Assembly (NCBI GenBank): GCA_029269845.2
Contig: CP149973.1
Location: 1,950,001 to 1,982,000 of the forward strand
Direction of reading: 5' to 3'
From: Opitutia bacterium KCR 482
Lineage (GTDB): Bacteria; Verrucomicrobiota; Verrucomicrobiia; Opitutales; Intestinicryptomonadaceae
Length of the DNA: 32,000 bases
The first letter of the stretch is position 1. Each line of letters starts with the position of its first letter. The position numbers and the translations under genes were made by a program. Shown piece after piece: positions 8,684 to 17,287 of this stretch. The notes beneath the pieces were generated by a model. That model was given only the letters and a program-made list of their open reading frames with translations. It ran no database searches and was not told the DNA's origin.

Positions 8684-10114
8684 ATGGCAGACGAAAACAC
8701 ATCCCCCGAAGTAATCGAAGAACAAATCAAGAATCTCGACCCGCGCTTTATCAGGCAAATCGAAAGCGCGGAAAAATCGATAGACAAAAACCCCGCATAT
8801 GTAATCGACATTTGCTGCACCGTTTTGGCGAAACACCCGTCGTGCGTGGAGGTCAGAAAAATCCTGCGTCAGGCGCAGTTCAAAAAATTCGGCAAAGGCA
8901 ACCCGATTGCGAAAATCGGCGCGGCCATTCAGGGCGCGGTGTTCGCAATGCAGGCGGGCGCGAAAATCAAGAAGGGCCAGGCTATCGAAGTGATGGCGGA
9001 GGCCGAAAAACTTTTGTCGGCGTGCCCCGAAAACGAAGCCGTTCTCAAAACGCTCGCGGACGCCGCAGCAAGCCTCCAATACTGGGGGACGGTCGCTGAG
9101 GCGTATCAGGCTATCGCCCGCTTCAAGCCCGACAACGAGAAAATCCTGATGTCGCTCGCCGACGCGCTCGTAAAGAGCAAACAGCCCGACGCCGCAATGC
9201 AGGTCTGCGAAAGAATCCTCAAAAAGAACCCGTCCAACGGCGACGCGCAGGCGATTGCCCGCAGCGCGTCGGTCATCAAGACGATGGAAAAGGGCGACTG
9301 GGAAAACACGGAAGTCAGCGCGACAAAGAAAGTCAAGGACGCCGAGGAAACCCTCAACCGCCAGAAGGAGACAAGCTCCGTCAACGACGAGGAAACCCTT
9401 AACAAGATGGTCGAACGCCTCGCCGCGCAAATCCAGACCGACCCCGAAAACATCAATCTTTACCGCGAAATCTGCGGACACCTCCGCACGCTCAAACGCT
9501 TCGACGAAGCCCTCGAATATGTCCGCAAGGCCCGCCAGCAGCCGCTCGGCAAGGGCGACACCACGTTCGAGAAAATGGAGCAGGGCTTCCTCGTTTCGTC
9601 GATGGACAGAAAGATTGCCGAACTCACAAAGAAGCTCGAAGAAAACCCGTCGGACGAACAGCTCAAAGCGGAGCTTGCGCAACTCAAAAAACAGGAGCAC
9701 GACATCAAGCTCGAAAACGCAAAGCAGATGGTCGAACGCTACCCCAACGATTTCAGCTACCGCTTCGAACTCGGCACGCTTCTGTTCGAGGACGGAAATC
9801 TCGACGAGGCAATCATGCAGTTCCAGATTTCGCAGCGCAGCCCGAAAGTCCGCGCGCAGTCGCTGCTTGGCTTGGGCAGGGCGTTCACGATGGGCAAGAA
9901 ATACGACCTTGCGGTAGACCAGCTGGAAACGGCGAAGAAAGAGTCGAAGATTATGAACGACTCGAAAAAGGAAATCATATACGAACTCGGCACCGCATAC
10001 GAGCTCATGGGCAAGCCCGAACAGGCTTTCAACGAGTTCAAGGAAATCTACTCGGCGGATATTTCCTACAAGGACGTTGCCGCAAAAATCAACGCCTACT
10101 ACGCAAAGAAGTAG
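8684..10114 (+). CDS. Tetratricopeptide-repeat (TPR) protein
   Basis: 476-aa ORF with repeated A/L/Y helical-pair pattern (e.g. YRFELGTLLFEDGNLDEAIMQFQ, LLGLGRAFTMGKKYDLAVDQLE, IIYELGTAYELMGKPEQAFNEFKE). The antisense 489-aa ORF 8666..10135 is a shadow frame. Confidence 0.8.
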   Translation: MADENTSPEVIEEQIKNLDPRFIRQIESAEKSIDKNPAYVIDICCTVLAKHPSCVEVRKILRQAQFKKFGKGNPIAKIGAAIQGAVFAMQAGAKIKKGQAIEVMAEAEKLLSACPENEAVLKTLADAAASLQYWGTVAEAYQAIARFKPDNEKILMSLADALVKSKQPDAAMQVCERILKKNPSNGDAQAIARSASVIKTMEKGDWENTEVSATKKVKDAEETLNRQKETSSVNDEETLNKMVERLAAQIQTDPENINLYREICGHLRTLKRFDEALEYVRKARQQPLGKGDTTFEKMEQGFLVSSMDRKIAELTKKLEENPSDEQLKAELAQLKKQEHDIKLENAKQMVERYPNDFSYRFELGTLLFEDGNLDEAIMQFQISQRSPKVRAQSLLGLGRAFTMGKKYDLAVDQLETAKKESKIMNDSKKEIIYELGTAYELMGKPEQAFNEFKEIYSADISYKDVAAKINAYYAKK

Positions 10115-10133
10115 ACCTTGCAAAAAGACACGC

Positions 10134-10167
10134 AAAAACGCGCCCCGATTTCGGAGCGCGTTTTTTG
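10134..10167. terminator. Rho-independent terminator (A-run / GC stem / T-run)
   Basis: aaaaa-cgcgc-cccgatttcgga-gcgcg-tttttt: stem 10138-10143 / 10156-10161 with an inner cc/gg extension, then T6 at 10161-10166. Confidence 0.6.
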
Positions 10168-10288
10168 TTTGCGCGGAGCGCAGGCCTTGCGCGTTTGCCA
10201 GCGGCTAGGAGTTTGCGAGTGAGCGGTTGCAAGTATCGCAAAACTGCGAAGCCCGACGCGCGTTGCGGCGCACCCTGCGCCCTTGCGG

Positions 10289-11701
10289 CTACGCGTTTGC
10301 GAAGCGTTCGGCGAATTTTTTGTGGATGCCGTCGAACGAGCCGTTGCTGAAAAACACGCAGACGGACTTTCCGCTTTCGGCGGAGATGTCGGCGGAAAGC
10401 TTTTCAAGCAGGGCTTGGTTTGAGTCGAAAGCGTGCAGTTTTTTCGGGTTGTGGGTTGCCGCCATTTCCGCGGTGTCTATGCGTCGGGCGGGGTCTGTCT
10501 TTGCGGTGTTGGCGTGCCCGATGTAGGCGGCGTCGGCGAGTTCGAGAGCCTCGCCGAAAGCGTCCTGAAAAACGTTCATTTTCGCCGTGTTGCTGCGCGG
10601 CTCGAAAGCGACGTAGAGCTTGGCGTCGGGATATTTCTGGCGCATGGACTCAATCGTCAGGCGGATTGCCGTCGGGTGGTGTCCGAAATCTTCTACGGCG
10701 AGGATTTTTTCCGTCTTCAAAATCGTCTCCTGCCTGCGCTTGACGCCCTTGAATTTTGCGAGCGGCGAAAGGTCGATGTCGAGCGGGTTCGCCCCGCCGC
10801 GCACGAGAGCCGCGCCGACGGCGGCCATCGCCGCGTTGCGGGCGTTGTATTCTCCCTGCAAATTCCACTCGACGCGCTTTTCGATTCCGCCGCAGACGAG
10901 CGAAAACGACGACGAATCCGCCGTCTGCCTGAAATCCTTTATGCGCACGTCGCAGTTTTCTCCGAAGCCCACTTTTATGCGCTTCGTCCACGGCGTGTCT
11001 TCGAGCGACGCAATGTTGGGGTCGTCGCCGTTTTCGACAATCGCGCCGAGGGGGGATACGATTCTGCGGACATGCGAGAACGTGCGCTTTACGTCGTAGA
11101 GGTCGCGGAAAATGTCGGCGTGGTCGAATTCGATGTTGTTTACCAGAAGGACAAAGGGGCGGTAGTGGATAAATTTGCTGCGCTTGTCGAAGTAGGCGGT
11201 ATCGTACTCGTCGCCCTCAATCGCAAACGGCGCGTCGGTCGAGCCGAGGTTCGAGCCGCCTTCGGCGAGGTCTGTCGGAACTCCGCCGATGAGCCAGCCC
11301 GCATCGACGCCGTTTGCCCTCAGCAGGAACGCGGCAAGGCATGTGGTTGTGGTCTTGCCGTGCGTGCCGCTTACCACGAGCGACTTCCTGTCGCCTATGA
11401 GGTTTTCGCCGATGAGCGCCGAGAGGCTTGTGTACCTGTATTTCCGCGCCGCGAGCATGAATTCAAGCTCCGGATTCATGCGGCTGATTGCGTTGCCGAC
11501 GACGACCAAATCGGGCGCAAAGTCTTCCAGATTTTTCGGGTTCCAGCCATCGCGCGCGTCAACATGCGCGTTGGCGAGCGCGCTTTTCATTGGCTCGTAC
11601 ATGCCCGTGTCGCTTCCGCAGACGGAGTGCCCGAGGCGTTTCATGAGAATGGCGACGTTTCCCGTCGCCGTGCCGCAAATTCCGATAAAATAGATTTTCA
11701 T
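10289..11701 (-). CDS. mpl: UDP-N-acetylmuramate:L-alanyl-gamma-D-glutamyl-meso-diaminopimelate ligase (murein peptide ligase)
   Basis: True start MKIYFIGICGTATGNVAILMKRLGH... is at complement(11699..11701); the track start at 11833 adds a 44-aa Pro/Arg-rich extension. GTHGKTTTT and EGDEYDTAYFDKRSKFIHYRPFVLLVNNIEFDHADIF are collinear with E. coli Mpl as I recall it. Confidence 0.9.
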   Translation of the reverse strand: MKIYFIGICGTATGNVAILMKRLGHSVCGSDTGMYEPMKSALANAHVDARDGWNPKNLEDFAPDLVVVGNAISRMNPELEFMLAARKYRYTSLSALIGENLIGDRKSLVVSGTHGKTTTTCLAAFLLRANGVDAGWLIGGVPTDLAEGGSNLGSTDAPFAIEGDEYDTAYFDKRSKFIHYRPFVLLVNNIEFDHADIFRDLYDVKRTFSHVRRIVSPLGAIVENGDDPNIASLEDTPWTKRIKVGFGENCDVRIKDFRQTADSSSFSLVCGGIEKRVEWNLQGEYNARNAAMAAVGAALVRGGANPLDIDLSPLAKFKGVKRRQETILKTEKILAVEDFGHHPTAIRLTIESMRQKYPDAKLYVAFEPRSNTAKMNVFQDAFGEALELADAAYIGHANTAKTDPARRIDTAEMAATHNPKKLHAFDSNQALLEKLSADISAESGKSVCVFFSNGSFDGIHKKFAERFANA

Positions 11702-11752
11702 TTTCGCCGAAATTTCTAAGCCCGATTTCGCGAAAAGTCGAGCGGGATTAGC

Positions 11753-11853
11753 AAAAAAAAACGCGTCGGGCGGGGGCGGACGGATTTTGCGGGTCTTGGA
11801 AGAGCGCGGCGGCGCGGGAAATCCGTGCGGCATTCCGACGTCCCGCCGACGCG
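11753..11853 (-). terminator. Long two-tier hairpin followed by U9 immediately after the SGNH-hydrolase stop codon
   Basis: Outer stem 11762-11774 pairs with 11842-11853 (12 bp plus one bulge). Inner stem acggattt (11780-11787) pairs with aaatccgt (11819-11826). A9 on the plus strand (11753-11761) gives U9 on the minus transcript. Confidence 0.45.
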
Positions 11854-13227
11854 CTATTCCGAAATTTCGAGCGCGTATTTATGCTTTCGCGGAGTGGCGA
11901 TTGCGCGGATTTCCGCGCGGGCATTTTCGCGCTCTTCCCTTAGCAAATTCTCGCGCGGCGCGTGCTCGCGGTAGAGTTGCGCGAGGCGCACATAGTACGG
12001 ATTGTTCCGCGTCCTGCCGATTTCTTCGACGGCGTTTGCCGCGTCGTCCGCCGTCGTGCCGTCTTTGATTTTGTCGGCAAACATTTCGCGCAGGTGGGCG
12101 AGGAAGCGCAGGCGTTCGTTTATGAGCCTGATTTTCTTGCAGAGCGCAAGTATCTTGCGCGAAGCTTCAATCTGCGGGGTTTCGAGCGCGGCGGTGTCGA
12201 TTCCCCTTGCAAGCTCGGCGGAGTGGAAGACGCCGACTTTTTTGCCGTCGATTTTCAGCGCGTATTTTCCGCTCGGCAGATTTTTAACTGCAAGCGTCTG
12301 TTTGTTCAGCGAGCTGCGGAAGTCGATGTATTTTGCCGCGCTTTCCTCCGCGGGCGTCGGCGCAAGCGGCAGCGCGTATTCGAGAGACTCGAAGCGCAGC
12401 CCGCCTGCGCTTTGCTTTACGTTTGAAATTTCGCAGTTTACCGCGCAAATATTTTCCCTGTCGATTTCCGCCGAGCACACCGTCGCCGGTTCTCCGAGCG
12501 ATTTTAGGAATATCGCCGCCATCGCAAACCCTCCCGCTTCGGACGGGTGCACGCGGTCGCTTCCGATTATTGTTTTGCCGCGCCCAGCCTCGCTCTGGAA
12601 GTCGGCGTTTATCCGCACCGTCTCCGCCCAAATATCGACGAATTCCGCGTTGGGAATCCGCCTTGCGGCGTCTTCGCAGATTTTGCCGTAGCGTCCGAGC
12701 CGCGCGTTCAGCCCGACGTGCGAGTCGGTTGGGCTTTCGAGCGTTTCGTCGAAAATCGACGGCGAGAAAATGTAGAGTCTGCGCGAATTTTCCGCAAGCT
12801 TCTCCGCGACTTTCGCGAGCCGTTCTGCGTAGACGCTTTCGAGCCGCGCGATTTCCTCTTCGCACTTCGGGTTTTTCGCCCGCTCTTCGCGCGTGAAATA
12901 TTTTCTGCCGACGTCGTTCATGCCGACCATCAAAACGTAAACGTCGGCTTTGGGTTTGAGTATGTCGGTCCGCATTCGGCGCAGCAGGTGGAAAGCCGAC
13001 TGCCCCGCCGTCCCCCTGTTAAGGTATTGCAGCTCTGTTTCGGGAAAGCGCGTGCTGTAATAATATTCCAAAAACATCTGGTGGTAGCCGTTGTGCGTAA
13101 TGCTGTCGCCGACGAACGCGATTGTCTCGCCCCCGCGCACGGCGACGGGCGCAAGCCTTGTCTGCGCCGAAAGCGCGGCGGCGGCAATTGCCGCAAGAAT
13201 GAGCATGGTAAATTTCATCAAATCCAT
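11854..13227 (-). CDS. Secreted SGNH/GDSL-family hydrolase with an extra C-terminal domain
   Basis: Signal peptide MDLMKFTMLILAAIAAAALSAQ; block I FVGDSITHNG; block III VLMVGMNDV; block V GSDRVHPSEAG. Confidence 0.8.
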   Translation of the reverse strand: MDLMKFTMLILAAIAAAALSAQTRLAPVAVRGGETIAFVGDSITHNGYHQMFLEYYYSTRFPETELQYLNRGTAGQSAFHLLRRMRTDILKPKADVYVLMVGMNDVGRKYFTREERAKNPKCEEEIARLESVYAERLAKVAEKLAENSRRLYIFSPSIFDETLESPTDSHVGLNARLGRYGKICEDAARRIPNAEFVDIWAETVRINADFQSEAGRGKTIIGSDRVHPSEAGGFAMAAIFLKSLGEPATVCSAEIDRENICAVNCEISNVKQSAGGLRFESLEYALPLAPTPAEESAAKYIDFRSSLNKQTLAVKNLPSGKYALKIDGKKVGVFHSAELARGIDTAALETPQIEASRKILALCKKIRLINERLRFLAHLREMFADKIKDGTTADDAANAVEEIGRTRNNPYYVRLAQLYREHAPRENLLREERENARAEIRAIATPRKHKYALEISE

Positions 13228-13353
13228 TCTGCCTTTCCGCCGCTCAGACGCAACGGAATTTTAAGCGTAAAAGTTTGCAATGCCTTTTCACGAATCTCGA
13301 AATTTGCTTGTGAAAACACGCGCCTTGCGGCAAAATGCGCCCGATTTCCGAAA

Positions 13354-15261
13354 ATGAAAAAACTGCCGCCAGAAATACGCATTCTCACCGACGACGTCGC
13401 AAACAAAATCGCGGCGGGCGAGGTTGTCGAACGCCCAGCGGCGGTCGCAAAAGAGCTTCTCGAAAACGCGATAGACGCGGGGGCTACGCGCATCGAAATA
13501 GAATTCAAGCACGGCGGAAAATCGTTCGTGAAAGTTGTGGACGACGGCTGCGGAATGACGCGCCAGCAGGCTCTGACATGTCTCGAACCGCACGCGACAA
13601 GCAAAATCCGCGCGCCCGAAGACCTCTTCAACATTTCAAGCTACGGCTTTCGCGGCGAGGCGGTGCCGTCCATCGCAAGTGTCAGTCGTTTCCGCCTGCG
13701 CACCAGACCCGAAGCGCAGGTCTTGGGCACTGAAATCGACGTCTACGCTGGCAGTGTAAATTCCGTGCGCGACTGCGGCATGGCGGCGGGCACCGAAATC
13801 ACCGTCGAAAACCTTTTCTGCTCCGTCCCTGCGCGGCGGAAATTTTTAAAAAGCGACAACGTCGAGGCGTCGCACATCGTCAAACTTTGCAGGCTCTACG
13901 CGCTCGCCTTGCCCGACCTTTCGATAACGCTTGTCGAAAATTCTCGCACCGTCTTCCGCTCCGAGCGCAATCTCGGCGTGCTCGACAGAATCGAACGCGT
14001 TTTCGGCGCGGAGATTTCGTCAAAGCTTTTCGAACTGCGCCGAAGCGGGCGCGGCGGCATGGCGGTCTCCGGCGCGATACTTCGCGCGGGCGAATCTTTT
14101 CCGACGGGGCGCAACATCTGCGCGTTTATCAACGGCAGACCCGTGGAGTGCAAGGCGGTCTATTCGGCGATAAAGGAGGCGTATTCGCAGTTCGTGCCGA
14201 AGGGCAGGTTCGCGGCGGCGTACCTTTTCATCGAGCTAGACCCGCGCACGGTTGACGTCAACGTGCACCCAGCCAAACGCGAAGTGCGCCTAAAAAACGA
14301 GTTCCAAGTGCGCGACTTTCTCTTTGCGGCGATTTCGTCCGCGCTCGCCGAATCGAACTCGAACCTGCGCGAAAATTTTTCGGCCGAACCCGCCGCCGAA
14401 CCCGAATTTTCCGCGGTTCCGAAGCCCGCGCTTACGCCCGCAAGCGAGGCCGAAATTCCCGCGCCGCGGCTCGGCAATCACGAGACCGCGCAAGCGGCGG
14501 AGCGCGACCCCGCTCCCGCCCGCGGATTTTCAAAACCTCTTTCCGTAGCGGAAAAGCCCGCGTTTTCTCCCGCGGTTTCGGACGAACAAAAACCGCCCGT
14601 TCGCGAAATTCCCGCGCTTGCGCCCGTCGGACGCGGCGTTTCCGAACGCGCAGACGCGCCGCAAAAATCGGCAATAGCAGCAGTCGCCGCAGAGTGGCGC
14701 TACATCGGCTGCCTGAAAAAACGCTTCGCAATTTTCGAGACCGCAAAGGGGCTTGTTCTCATGTCGGTTTCCGCCGCCCTCAAACGCGTCAGATACGAGG
14801 AGATTTTGGCTGGGCTTCGCGGCGGCAAAGTGGTGTCGCAAAACCTGCTGATACCGCTGCCGCTGAAATTCGAGCGCGGCGACGACGAGTATTTCTCGGC
14901 AAACAGAAAGGCGTTCGAAACCTGCGGGTTTGTCGTCGAGGATTTCGGCAAGTCGTTTTACAGAATTTCCGCCGCACCCCTCTGGCTGAAATACGGCGAC
15001 ATCGAAAATTTCGTGCGCGACTTCGTCGAAATTGCGCGTGAGGAAAACCGCGCCCTGCGCAAGTCCGCGCTGTCGGACGAAAATTTCGCGCGGTCGCTCG
15101 TGGTCAGATACGGCGCGGCGGACTTCACATGCACCGAAACCACCGCGACCGAACTTCTGGCAAAACTCCTTTCGGGAAATTCGGGCGCGTCGTCGCCCGA
15201 TGGCAAACCCACGCTCAAAGAAATCTCCGACGCCGAAATCCTGCGCATGTTCCAGATGTAG
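13354..15261 (+). CDS. mutL: DNA mismatch repair protein MutL
   Basis: True start MKKLPPEIRILTDDVANKIAAGEVVERPAAVAKELLENAIDAGATRIEIEF...VVDDGCGM (GHKL ATPase motifs) is at ATG 13354. The track ORF 12547..15261 carries a 269-aa false extension antisense to the SGNH gene. See the finding on degenerate C-terminal endonuclease motifs. Confidence 0.92.
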   Translation: MKKLPPEIRILTDDVANKIAAGEVVERPAAVAKELLENAIDAGATRIEIEFKHGGKSFVKVVDDGCGMTRQQALTCLEPHATSKIRAPEDLFNISSYGFRGEAVPSIASVSRFRLRTRPEAQVLGTEIDVYAGSVNSVRDCGMAAGTEITVENLFCSVPARRKFLKSDNVEASHIVKLCRLYALALPDLSITLVENSRTVFRSERNLGVLDRIERVFGAEISSKLFELRRSGRGGMAVSGAILRAGESFPTGRNICAFINGRPVECKAVYSAIKEAYSQFVPKGRFAAAYLFIELDPRTVDVNVHPAKREVRLKNEFQVRDFLFAAISSALAESNSNLRENFSAEPAAEPEFSAVPKPALTPASEAEIPAPRLGNHETAQAAERDPAPARGFSKPLSVAEKPAFSPAVSDEQKPPVREIPALAPVGRGVSERADAPQKSAIAAVAAEWRYIGCLKKRFAIFETAKGLVLMSVSAALKRVRYEEILAGLRGGKVVSQNLLIPLPLKFERGDDEYFSANRKAFETCGFVVEDFGKSFYRISAAPLWLKYGDIENFVRDFVEIAREENRALRKSALSDENFARSLVVRYGAADFTCTETTATELLAKLLSGNSGASSPDGKPTLKEISDAEILRMFQM

Positions 15262-15322
15262 CGGGCTTGCCGCCGCCGGAATTCTTTCTCCTTTCCAAAA
15301 ATCAGCATAATCAAAAATACAT

Positions 15323-17035
15323 ATGAGAAAACAGAAAATAATTGCGTTTATCGCGCTTTTGTGCGCGGCGTTTCCCGCCTCCGCCGCGGAAATCCGCGTG
15401 TCCGATTTCGGCGCGAAACCCGACGACGGAAAGTGCGACATTTCGGCAATCCGAAAGGCGTTTGCCTATGCCGTTGCCAACAAAGCCACGACCGTGCGCT
15501 TCGACGCCGGCGTCTACGATTTGAATATCGGCGACGCAACTCGTGATATTTTCGAAATCGACGGCGCGGAGAATCTTTCGATAGTCGGTGCTGTCGGCCC
15601 GGACGGCGAGCCGAAGACCGTCTTTTTGCGCAGGTACAAACCCGAAAGAAATCTCTTCGGCGGAAAAATCATCAAAGTGCTGCGCTCTCCGAATCTTTCG
15701 GTCAGGGGAATTGCGTTCGACAATTTTCCGCGCTACATGAGCTGCGGCGAAATCGTCGCAAACGACGGCAGGGGCATTACCGTAAAAGTTTTCGAGGGCA
15801 ACCCGTACCTCGACGGCACATACGCCTACTGCTCCAACCTGTGGGACGGGAAAACGGGAAACCTCGTGGTCGGCAAACCGAGCACGACTTTCGGCACCGA
15901 CGTTGACAGAAATTTGCGCGAGTTCGAAATGAAGAAAATCGGCGCGGAGTCGGAAAGGCTCATGCGCCTCGATTCCCCGAAAGTCGCGCGGACGGCGGCC
16001 GTCGGCGAAGTGTTCTCGTGGAATTTCGGCTGGCGCGGACACCAAATTCTTTTCGAGCGTTGCGACAGCCTGCGCCTCGAAAACGTCGCCGTCAGAAGCT
16101 CGATAGGCTTCTGCATGCTCGCTTTCAAATGCCGCAACATCTACGCAAAAAACGTGGAATTCAGGCGCGAAAAAGGCTCGCGCCAAATGAACGTCGGCAG
16201 CCGCGACGCATGGAAAATCCGCGCATGCCGCGGGCTTGCCGTCGTCGAAAACATGTATGTCGAGGGCGTCAGGTGGGACGGGCAGAACGTCCACGGAACT
16301 TTCGTCTACCCCTACGGAAGAGTCGGCAAAAACGCCCTGCTTATGTCCAACGACTTCGGCGGGCCGACGGGTTCAAACGACGAAGTTTTCGAGGTCGGGA
16401 CAAAGGCCGGCTTCTGGAAAAATAAATCCGAGGAAGTTTTGCTTACGATAAAAAGCGTTCGCAAAAGCGGAACGAAAGTGGGGCGCAATTCGCAACCCGC
16501 ATACGAGGTCGAATTCGTCGAGACTGTCCCAGATTTCGTCGGCGAAACAACCCTCTGCAACCTCTACGGGCTGAATCTCGACTCCTACGTTCTCATTAAT
16601 TCAACGTTCAAAAATATCGCGGGGTGCGCTAGCCTTATCCGCAACGACAACGCAAACATCGCGGGCTGCACTTTCGACCACATCATGTACCCCGCAGTGT
16701 GCGTCGGCGGCGCGATTGCCGAGGTGGAGGGCGTGGTTTCCAAGAACGCGTACATTTGCGGAAACAAGTTCGTCTCTTGCGGCTGGTCGGCTCGCCACGG
16801 CGCGTCGGCGGCGGTCGCCGTGCGCATACAGCCTTCCCAAAAGACTCCGATTGAAACCGCGCCGTATATCGAAAACGTCGTAATCGGCGGCAACGAGTTC
16901 TCGGACTGCAACGTCGGAATAGACGCGGCGGGCGCGGACGGACTCTACATTTCGGGCAACAAATTCGAAAACGTTCGCAAGACAATTTTAGAGCGCAAAA
17001 ATCAAAATGTATTCATAAATAACAATGTTGAATAG
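15323..17035 (+). CDS. Secreted right-handed parallel beta-helix protein (pectate-lyase-superfamily / GH28-related fold)
   Basis: Signal peptide MRKQKIIAFIALLCAAFPASAAE. The N-terminal block IRVSDFGAKPDDGKCDISAIRKAFAYA is typical of Pectate_lyase_3-type proteins. Gly/Asn/Val-rich repeats follow. Confidence 0.8.
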   Translation: MRKQKIIAFIALLCAAFPASAAEIRVSDFGAKPDDGKCDISAIRKAFAYAVANKATTVRFDAGVYDLNIGDATRDIFEIDGAENLSIVGAVGPDGEPKTVFLRRYKPERNLFGGKIIKVLRSPNLSVRGIAFDNFPRYMSCGEIVANDGRGITVKVFEGNPYLDGTYAYCSNLWDGKTGNLVVGKPSTTFGTDVDRNLREFEMKKIGAESERLMRLDSPKVARTAAVGEVFSWNFGWRGHQILFERCDSLRLENVAVRSSIGFCMLAFKCRNIYAKNVEFRREKGSRQMNVGSRDAWKIRACRGLAVVENMYVEGVRWDGQNVHGTFVYPYGRVGKNALLMSNDFGGPTGSNDEVFEVGTKAGFWKNKSEEVLLTIKSVRKSGTKVGRNSQPAYEVEFVETVPDFVGETTLCNLYGLNLDSYVLINSTFKNIAGCASLIRNDNANIAGCTFDHIMYPAVCVGGAIAEVEGVVSKNAYICGNKFVSCGWSARHGASAAVAVRIQPSQKTPIETAPYIENVVIGGNEFSDCNVGIDAAGADGLYISGNKFENVRKTILERKNQNVFINNNVE

Positions 17036-17070
17036 CCTGAATCTGGGCTTTCAGAATCCTGAAAACGCAA

Positions 17071-17112
17071 AAAAAGACGTCCGAACGGAAACTAATTCGG
17101 ACGCCTTTTTTT
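17071..17112 (+). terminator. Rho-independent terminator after the beta-helix gene
   Basis: aaaaaga-cgtccgaa(17078-17085)-cggaaactaa-ttcggacg(17096-17103)-cc-ttttttt. Confidence 0.6.
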
Positions 17113-17287
17113 ATGTCGTCTCACGACGACCGCAACACTACAACAACACTAATACAACTATACACACGCTTTCTATATCGGACAAAATTTTTCCGCTTAA
17201 ACGGATTTTTCAAAACTTTAAAATTTTCCATTCGGGACGATTAGAAAAATACCGCCGACAAGCGCGGATATTAACCGATATAAAAAG

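Noticed and set aside
11702-11833. A 44-aa N-terminal extension of the mpl ORF.
   Set aside because: It is Pro/Arg-rich and non-homologous. The conserved Mpl start MKIYFIGICGT is at 11701.
12547-13353. The N-terminal 269 aa of the 904-aa 'MutL' ORF.
   Set aside because: This part is antisense to the SGNH-hydrolase gene and has no MutL similarity. The canonical MutL N-terminus (MKKLPPEIRILTDDVANKIAAGEVV) begins at ATG 13354.
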